A stretch of DNA of 64,000 nt from a virus, in the UHGV virus genome UHGV-1370141; one strand, given 5' to 3'. Made by a program: the position numbers and the translations under genes. Below are positions 58,136-64,000 of the stretch, one piece after another. The notes below the pieces were generated by a model. It saw only the letters and a list, made by a program, of their open reading frames with translations, was not told the origin of the DNA and did not search any database. The first letter of the stretch is position 1. Each line of letters begins with the position of its first letter.

Positions 58136-58591
58136 TCAGTTCAAACACATTGTCAGATACTGATCGTAGGCGTCTAATAAAGCTTGCCGGTCAGAGCGAT
58201 AATTCCACAACAACGAATTCAGTTTACGTGATAAATCCCGACTGATTTCTTGTGGCGTTAACGCTTTGTCGTCTAATAACATCTTTTCTGGAACGGAATG
58301 TAATTTAGGAATTTCAAATCGTTCGCAGATAGGTGCTAACATCGGTGGATTCCACCCGCGTTTGACTGCTTGTTGATTTAAGTTTCGTGTGTAAAGATAA
58401 ACGTAATAAGCGTATGTATTCACATCCGCAACATATTCCCGCATCGCGTCTTTATCAATTTTCCAATTTAGCATGATAGGCGGCGCTGGCGGAGGTTGTA
58501 ACGCAGTATAGGATGGCCGTTTACCGGGTTCTCCATAGCCATTACTCACCAAACCCACGCACAAAATCATGATGAATAACAGCGATTTCAT
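58136..58591 (-). CDS. secreted, Pro-rich protein with N-terminal signal peptide (151 aa); possible spanin-like partner of the upstream membrane protein
   Basis: N-terminal MKSLLFIMILCVGLVSNGYG hydrophobic signal; Pro-rich mature N-terminus. Confidence 0.45.
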   Translation of the reverse strand: MKSLLFIMILCVGLVSNGYGEPGKRPSYTALQPPPAPPIMLNWKIDKDAMREYVADVNTYAYYVYLYTRNLNQQAVKRGWNPPMLAPICERFEIPKLHSVPEKMLLDDKALTPQEISRDLSRKLNSLLWNYRSDRQALLDAYDQYLTMCLN

Positions 58592-58594
58592 CAG

Positions 58595-59098
58595 TTACTC
58601 CTTAGGTGAGGATAACGTCTTTATGATCTCCTGACGGAAACTGTTAGCGTTTTGACTACCAACAGGTCGCGCCGAAGCTTCTTTGCGTTGTTCTGGTGTT
58701 GAAGCTGGGCTAACAGGAGTTTCTGGTTTCTTAGGTGTTAAATCTTTGGTAGAGTTGTCTTCTTTTACCGTGCTGTACCCACTTTCATATGGCGGTTTCT
58801 GGCCGAGGCAAATAAAGAGCTTGTCGTATAATCTACCATTATCATCTTTCAGTTTGTCACGATCTTGCTTCATCTCTTGGTAAGATTGCGACATGTATTG
58901 ATCATGAGATTGTACGGTAACGAGCTTGTGAAACTGCACTACGTACGCATAGGAGACGAAAGCCGAGTAGGATAACAAGACCGTGATGATTAAAGTCATT
59001 ATCTTGTTTGCTCTTGATACGTTTTCTCCTTCTCCTGGTTTAAATGCTTCCATCAACATCTGAATGAAGAACGGAAGCACTTTAAGAAATGAACCCAT
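58595..59098 (-). CDS. membrane protein with single TM helix, coiled-coil and Pro-rich C-terminus (167 aa); possible i-spanin-like
   Basis: TM IMTLIITVLLSYSAFVSYAYVV; ATG with GAGGTG SD. Confidence 0.45.
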   Translation of the reverse strand: MGSFLKVLPFFIQMLMEAFKPGEGENVSRANKIMTLIITVLLSYSAFVSYAYVVQFHKLVTVQSHDQYMSQSYQEMKQDRDKLKDDNGRLYDKLFICLGQKPPYESGYSTVKEDNSTKDLTPKKPETPVSPASTPEQRKEASARPVGSQNANSFRQEIIKTLSSPKE

Positions 59099-59123
59099 TG
59101 CTCACCTCGGAGTATTTTTAATT

Positions 59124-60497
59124 ATGTTAGACTTACAAGGTTTTATTCAGATACCGGCTCTGTTTGACAATCAGGACGGCGTCACCGCTCCGGTAGGTGA
59201 GCTGTCTGATCTGACCCTCTCGTACGCGAAGAGTAAACAGACGTTTACTAAATCCAATCTGCAAGTGCAGTTGGTGACATTTACGTCTAAACGAGAAAAA
59301 CAGACGGTTGTTGTTCCAGCCGAGTTTTCTGATCATATTCTAACCGTTTCTCAATGGATTTACCAGCAAGCCATCTTGGGGAATCTGAGAAATGACGAAC
59401 TTGAATTCCAGCGCCTATTATTAGGTCAATTCCAAACAACCATTTCCGGTGTCCAGTCCGGTGCGATGATCCAGACGAACAGTAATTGGTTCCCACGTTG
59501 GGTGAGCTGGAAATATGAAGCAACTGCAGATCAAGTACAAGATGACACTGATGTAGATAACCAAATCATAGTTTGGTTCTCGGATGAAGACTTCGACCAG
59601 GACTACACGGGTTTTGAAATCGAAGTACAGATGCCGATTGAGCCAATCGACACATTCTTGGCCACAAAGTCAGTCGTTGAAAAAGCGATGGAAGGGTTTA
59701 ACCTTACCGAACACCATAAGAAAATCAACGAGTTAATGGCAGGGTTCCCGTATACTGCCATCCAAACTAACTACTACACCTGGCATGACCAAGAAAACTA
59801 CGAGTCAACACTGGTTATTCCAATGTCGGTTATCATTTACGGACGTGCAGGAAAAAACCCAACGAAAATAAAGCAAGCGTTGCGTGAACATATTCTTGCA
59901 AACTCCAGCTTTACGGTTCCGATCGGGGTGAAGGTATTCCCTGAGATCTTTACCACTACGAAATTCACAATGGTTCCGGGGTGGAAAATCCGTGGTATAC
60001 CGAATGAGGAAGACGTGGCGGCTCTCTATTCCCCCATCCTTCCATATGATTTCTGGGTCAAAGCCATTACAAAGTTTGGGGAATGGTCTGATCAGTCTGT
60101 TGCGGAAAGAAATAGTAAAACGGTAAGCAAACCGACGACGGATGTTACCGATTTACCGACCGTGTACAAATCACTGAACATGGTGGTTATCAGTGGTCCT
60201 GAAAACGACACTCGTAAGAATACCTTACACGAAACGTTACCAGACTACGCACTGATTGCAACAACAAACCCAGACATTGCACGAATGTCGAAATCCACCA
60301 CAGAATGGTTAGCGTTGTTCTTCCAGGCGTTAATAGCAGCGGAAGAATACCATCCGTATCAGACCAGTCTGGATGTCGTGAAACTCGTTGATGAAGCCGA
60401 TCCAGATAACTATTTCTGGGTGTTCGAATACGATAACGTCGAATATCGCATACTGTCTCGTAAATCGAAATGGTACACTGAAATCGACGAGGAGTAA
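59124..60497 (+). CDS. hypothetical protein (457 aa from ATG at 59124; track ORF starts at 59064)
   Basis: ATG at 59124 preceded by GGAG; the upstream extension would overlap the divergent gene start. Confidence 0.55.
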   Translation: MLDLQGFIQIPALFDNQDGVTAPVGELSDLTLSYAKSKQTFTKSNLQVQLVTFTSKREKQTVVVPAEFSDHILTVSQWIYQQAILGNLRNDELEFQRLLLGQFQTTISGVQSGAMIQTNSNWFPRWVSWKYEATADQVQDDTDVDNQIIVWFSDEDFDQDYTGFEIEVQMPIEPIDTFLATKSVVEKAMEGFNLTEHHKKINELMAGFPYTAIQTNYYTWHDQENYESTLVIPMSVIIYGRAGKNPTKIKQALREHILANSSFTVPIGVKVFPEIFTTTKFTMVPGWKIRGIPNEEDVAALYSPILPYDFWVKAITKFGEWSDQSVAERNSKTVSKPTTDVTDLPTVYKSLNMVVISGPENDTRKNTLHETLPDYALIATTNPDIARMSKSTTEWLALFFQALIAAEEYHPYQTSLDVVKLVDEADPDNYFWVFEYDNVEYRILSRKSKWYTEIDEE

Positions 60498-60500
60498 TGA

Positions 60501-61124
60501 ATGGCTACGCGTTTACCTCTTTTGGTTCCCGTTAACACAACGGGTTTATTTAAGGTAAAAACACCGTTTACGTTAGCCGAAACGGTTATCTTCACGGTGG
60601 AGGCATCACGTACCTTCCCAGATTTAGTACGTCAGAATATTGATGTTTACAACGAGTATTACAAGCCCGTTGGGTTGGAGCGAGAAGAATATCTTGCTGA
60701 TGCTACCGTTAACGCGTCTATTCTTACGTTTAAATCACGCGATGGTCAAGTCGTTTATATCCCCGACACTTACGTAGAATCGTGCCCCGGTTTATCGGGA
60801 ATCGCGTACCAGCGTAATGTGATGGTGGTGGACTTATCGTTTGTACCGGATTATGTAGATGTGTCGGTGATGACTAAAGACGTTTCGGATATTCTTACCC
60901 GTACGTTGGGTATCGACCCGAAAGTCGAAATCACGACCATGGAGTATGAAGGGAAAGTGACGGAGGAGCAACACCTGCAAATGGAAGCGGCTCGGAAAAG
61001 GAAAATTCGAGAGGCTATTCCGTTGTCAGAACAGGTTACTTCGTTGACAAACGAAAACAAAAAATTAAAAGAGTTAAACAACCAGATGTTAGAGATTCTT
61101 AAAGCTAACGGGTTAGTTAACTAA
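60501..61124 (+). CDS. hypothetical protein (207 aa) with C-terminal coiled-coil
   Basis: ORF 3 nt after upstream gene; terminator downstream. Confidence 0.55.
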   Translation: MATRLPLLVPVNTTGLFKVKTPFTLAETVIFTVEASRTFPDLVRQNIDVYNEYYKPVGLEREEYLADATVNASILTFKSRDGQVVYIPDTYVESCPGLSGIAYQRNVMVVDLSFVPDYVDVSVMTKDVSDILTRTLGIDPKVEITTMEYEGKVTEEQHLQMEAARKRKIREAIPLSEQVTSLTNENKKLKELNNQMLEILKANGLVN

Positions 61125-61132
61125 AAGAAATT

Positions 61133-61170
61133 ACCCTACTCCTTTTCGGGAGTAGGGTAGCTTTTATTTT
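61133..61170. terminator. bidirectional intrinsic terminator (stem accctactcc / ggagtagggt, loop ttttcg)
   Basis: Same 10-bp stem as 42311..42336; T-run follows. Confidence 0.65.
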
Positions 61171-61717
61171 AAATGTCGACTTCTAGTTTACGGTAATCAA
61201 TGACGCCTTGAGCAATCATAGCAGCAACATCGTTCCAAGTACGAAAAATGAAGTAAACGGTATCCCCGTTTAAAAAGATATTGGATTCTTTATCCGGGAA
61301 ATCATTTTCGCTGAGGTAGTAGTAGGGTTTGTCGAATGGGAAGTCACGCTCATCAGAGGAACCAAGTACCGCATAACGATTGCCACAGTCGAACAGAATC
61401 TTCCAACCTGATACTTCACTATTAACATCAACACGATCGACGATTTCAACAGTAATCGGAGAATGGTCAAGAAAACTGATCGTGATTCCCTCGCAATACC
61501 GTTTGAATCGCCAAATATCTGTGGGTACAATTTCAGACGCTGCTATAAGGGAATAAAGTTGTGTTGTGGTGATCTTTTTGTAAACGCTATTGCCGTCTCC
61601 CAAACGGTCAAATAAGAAATTAGCCAGGAAATTTATATCCTTTAAACGTGTACGGAAAACAGAACCACGGCGAATACCATAAGCCAGGTGGGTTAAATAT
61701 TCAGATGATGGAAACAT
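61169..61717 (-). CDS. hypothetical protein, member of second tandem paralog pair (182 aa)
   Basis: Shares MFPSSEYLTHLAYGIRR and LNGDTVYFIFRTWNDVA blocks with 61780..62712. Confidence 0.55.
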   Translation of the reverse strand: MFPSSEYLTHLAYGIRRGSVFRTRLKDINFLANFLFDRLGDGNSVYKKITTTQLYSLIAASEIVPTDIWRFKRYCEGITISFLDHSPITVEIVDRVDVNSEVSGWKILFDCGNRYAVLGSSDERDFPFDKPYYYLSENDFPDKESNIFLNGDTVYFIFRTWNDVAAMIAQGVIDYRKLEVDI

Positions 61718-61729
61718 TTTAATACTCCT

Positions 61730-61772
61730 AAGATGGAAAAAAGAATTAACCCTACTCCCGGAGGAGTAGGGG
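61730..61772 (-). terminator. intrinsic terminator (stem ccctactcc / ggagtaggg, loop cggag, U-run on minus strand) between the two paralogs
   Basis: 9-bp stem followed on minus strand by T-run, then AGGAG SD of 61169..61717. Confidence 0.5.
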
Positions 61773-61779
61773 ACTTAAA

Positions 61780-62712
61780 TTACTTTTTGGCTTGACCCAG
61801 GTTTTCAAGAACCAGTTCACGAATGTACTTTTGAGTACGTTTCTTCGGCGGTAAAGCCATAAGGGTGTCAACAATTTCCTGACCGCCGATAACCTTGCTG
61901 ACGAGTTGTTGAACTTGGAAGAGTTCCGCTTCTTCGTCACTGATCTCATTAGCTTGGTCTTTCTGACACAGCGCTTCTACCAGGTCAGCTACGGATATTT
62001 CTTTTTCGTCACCAGGGAAATCCAGGTTTAACGATTCGAAAACATCACGTTTAACGAGCACAGATTTCAGATCATCGTAGTCTTCGCAAACGGCGACTTC
62101 TGTACCAGGGACGGTTTCTTCTTCGTCTTGATCTTCATTCTCAGCGGAGAGGTAATTTACTTCTGTTGCGTGGAACGTTGCGTCAGCTTTTCTCAGGACG
62201 TAGCTCACATGCGCCCAGTTGCTCAGGATGAAGTAGACGACGCCCCCATTTAATCCGATATTGCCTTGGCGAAGCTCGAGAGCAATTTCCAGGCGGCGCG
62301 AAATCTGCCCCAAGTCAAAGAAAGACTCGTCGCGTGCCGCAACAACTTCGTACTGATTCACCCCTTGTTCTACAACAACGAACCAGTTATCCGGGAGAGG
62401 ATATGGGTTGGGCATGAGAGAATGTTCGATCCCTACGCTTGGGTCAACAGTAACGGATGTATGCCGCATTCCCATGGAGAAGTTGAACATATCCCCATTT
62501 TGAACCGCAATTGCATTGTCGATTGGAAGAATTTTGGTGGTACGATCGATAGAGAAAATCACTTCTTGCGTAATTGAAGACTGATTACTGCCTAGGAAAT
62601 GGTTGCGCAGAAAGGCAGCGGTTGCACCTACGCTGGTTTGCAGCATATGGTAGTTATAACGACGACGTAGAGTGTTAGCCAGTTCGTAAATTACTTCAGA
62701 TGGAAAAGTCAT
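61780..62712 (-). CDS. hypothetical protein, member of second tandem paralog pair (310 aa)
   Basis: Shares MTFPSEVIYELANTLRR and LNGGVVYFILSNWAHVS blocks with 61169..61717. Confidence 0.55.
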   Translation of the reverse strand: MTFPSEVIYELANTLRRRYNYHMLQTSVGATAAFLRNHFLGSNQSSITQEVIFSIDRTTKILPIDNAIAVQNGDMFNFSMGMRHTSVTVDPSVGIEHSLMPNPYPLPDNWFVVVEQGVNQYEVVAARDESFFDLGQISRRLEIALELRQGNIGLNGGVVYFILSNWAHVSYVLRKADATFHATEVNYLSAENEDQDEEETVPGTEVAVCEDYDDLKSVLVKRDVFESLNLDFPGDEKEISVADLVEALCQKDQANEISDEEAELFQVQQLVSKVIGGQEIVDTLMALPPKKRTQKYIRELVLENLGQAKK

Positions 62713-62765
62713 TTTAATAGTCCTCTTTAGGTTTGTTCAAATCAACTAAGGGTTTTGTAAAAAAG

Positions 62766-63245
62766 TTAAAAGAGTGGGAGGTTACGCCATTGACCTACGG
62801 AATAGAAAGCCTTCGGATGTTTACGAATATAGTCCTTCGCTTCTTTCGGTAACCAGCGTTGACCTGCACGTTTCTGCTGGGCAACAATAACAGCCAGCAG
62901 CAAATAAGGATTCTTTGACCCAGGGAATTTTGCATTCGTTTCTAGCGCAATATCCAACATCGATTCCCATCCCAGTGTTTTAGACTGAGCGGGTAAACGG
63001 TCTTCGATATACATCAACCAGTTCATGATTTCTCTGGGTTTAAATGGACAGGTGTAGTTCGCCCAGCTTATCATGAAAAACTTAATAATCTTTGCAAATA
63101 CCCACAACGGTATAGCTACGAATACACAGAAAATCACCATTTGTTTCGTAGGGGCGTTTACGAACGTCACTAACAGTAGAACGGTGATTACCTCTAATAC
63201 CACGAACCAAAAGCGGGTTGGGTAACGCCAGATAAACTTCAACAT
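62766..63245 (-). CDS. integral membrane protein (159 aa, two to three N-terminal TM helices)
   Basis: Hydrophobic FWFVVLEVITVLLLVTFV and VIFCVFVAIPLWVFAKII. Confidence 0.5.
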   Translation of the reverse strand: MLKFIWRYPTRFWFVVLEVITVLLLVTFVNAPTKQMVIFCVFVAIPLWVFAKIIKFFMISWANYTCPFKPREIMNWLMYIEDRLPAQSKTLGWESMLDIALETNAKFPGSKNPYLLLAVIVAQQKRAGQRWLPKEAKDYIRKHPKAFYSVGQWRNLPLF

Positions 63246-63264
63246 ACCTTTGCTCCTTTAGGGG

Positions 63265-63302
63265 AATAAATAAAAGTACCCCTAATCCGATTGGATTAGG
63301 GG
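63265..63302 (-). terminator. intrinsic terminator (stem cccctaatcc / ggattagggg, loop gatt, U-run on minus strand)
   Basis: 10-bp perfect stem downstream of 63309..63818. Confidence 0.6.
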
Positions 63303-63308
63303 CAAGTA

Positions 63309-63818
63309 TTAGAAGAACGGTTGGTTTGGAATCACAGCAAATTCCAGAACGAAGATGTGTTCAGGGGCACCTGCCTGACGCCAGATTTTGTGCGTAGTCG
63401 CCAGTTTCTCCAGAATCGTCAGGAAGCTACGCTGGCAGTAGGTGTTCTCACCCAACAGCAAATTCTGTAACTCTACAGTGGCTTCCATATACGCTTCTTT
63501 AAAGACCTGATTCGGATTGTATTTACCGGTATGATGCCACAACAGAACTTTCCCTTGCTCTGTGTCTCTCACGGCCGGACGTAACCCGCAAATCCACAAC
63601 AAGGCAAGGTTGACGTTCCAGTCAAACTCTAAGCCTTCTTCTTCGTCATCACCGAAAGCCGTTTTAAGGGCATCGTAAAACTCATGTCGCGTTGCAAAGT
63701 CTTCGTCGGACTTTATCTGGTCTTCGTTACTGCTACGAACGATACTGTACACGTCCTGGGCAGTAATTTGGGTAGCCTTAGTGATACCTTTATACCAATC
63801 GGTTACAACGATGCTCAA
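63309..63818 (-). CDS. hypothetical protein (169 aa), TTG start
   Basis: TTG start with AAGGAG SD 7 nt upstream; overlaps stop of small upstream ORF. Confidence 0.5.
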   Translation of the reverse strand: MSIVVTDWYKGITKATQITAQDVYSIVRSSNEDQIKSDEDFATRHEFYDALKTAFGDDEEEGLEFDWNVNLALLWICGLRPAVRDTEQGKVLLWHHTGKYNPNQVFKEAYMEATVELQNLLLGENTYCQRSFLTILEKLATTHKIWRQAGAPEHIFVLEFAVIPNQPFF

Positions 63819-63991
63819 AGGGTGACTCCTTGTTTAAATGGAAAACTGGTGTTTATCGTATCCCAAATTCGGTTAACTTCTGCCAACTGAATCTGGCGTT
63901 CTGGTTTCTTCGCAAACGCAAGCTGACGAGATGCTACAGGCTTGTTGATTTTCGCACTGTAGAACGTTGCATCTTTCATAAAGCTCGCCAT
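63815..63991 (-). CDS. small hypothetical protein (58 aa) translationally coupled to 63309..63818
   Basis: Hand translation MASFMKDATFYSAKINKPVASRQLAFAKKPERQIQLAEVNRIWDTINTSFPFKQGVTL; below track threshold; close to window end. Confidence 0.3.
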   Translation of the reverse strand: MASFMKDATFYSAKINKPVASRQLAFAKKPERQIQLAEVNRIWDTINTSFPFKQGVTL

Positions 63992-64000
63992 TTCTCGTTG

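Noticed and set aside
58136-58591. Lipoprotein (o-spanin) assignment via lipobox
   Set aside because: Sequence around the only N-terminal Cys (MILCVG) does not fit the L-[AS]-[GA]-C lipobox consensus; kept as a secreted protein only
59064-60497. Track ORF start at 59064 for the 477-aa plus-strand ORF
   Set aside because: The extension would overlap the start of the divergent gene 58595..59098; ATG at 59124 with a GGAG SD is preferred
1-64000. Search for tRNA, rRNA and CRISPR arrays
   Set aside because: No GTTCRANYC T-loop-like cloverleaf candidates in intergenic regions, no rRNA-like stretches, and no regularly spaced direct repeats were seen; only hairpin terminators

Overview
The window reads as a densely packed segment of a large virulent dsDNA phage genome, most likely a phiKZ-like jumbo phage; this is inferred from motifs read by eye, not from any database search. 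About 70 protein-coding genes are called, mostly on the minus strand, with short intergenic gaps, frequent ATGA-type coupled overlaps, several GTG/TTG starts with strong Shine-Dalgarno sites, and many GC-rich hairpin plus T-run terminators. Recognisable products: a split multisubunit RNA polymerase beta' N-terminal fragment (25888..27513) next to a 1388-aa possible partner subunit; a 2377-aa virion-type protein with a C-terminal lytic transglycosylase domain; terminase large subunit; thymidylate synthase with two insertions; RNase H-domain protein; DEDDh 3'-5' exonuclease; MazG-like, HD-domain and HAD 5'-nucleotidase proteins; a possible UvsX/RecA-like ATPase. No rRNA, tRNA, CRISPR array, integrase or IS element was seen. 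Most other ORFs are hypothetical. Points worth follow-up: two tandem paralog pairs of unknown function, a translationally coupled trio of very small ORFs ending in a Cys-containing acidic peptide, a recurring AT-rich promoter-like motif, reused hairpin stems, and a 711-bp non-coding leader. Coordinates for hairpins and motifs were counted by hand and may be off by 1-2 nt; CDS coordinates follow the ORF track except where a better start is argued.
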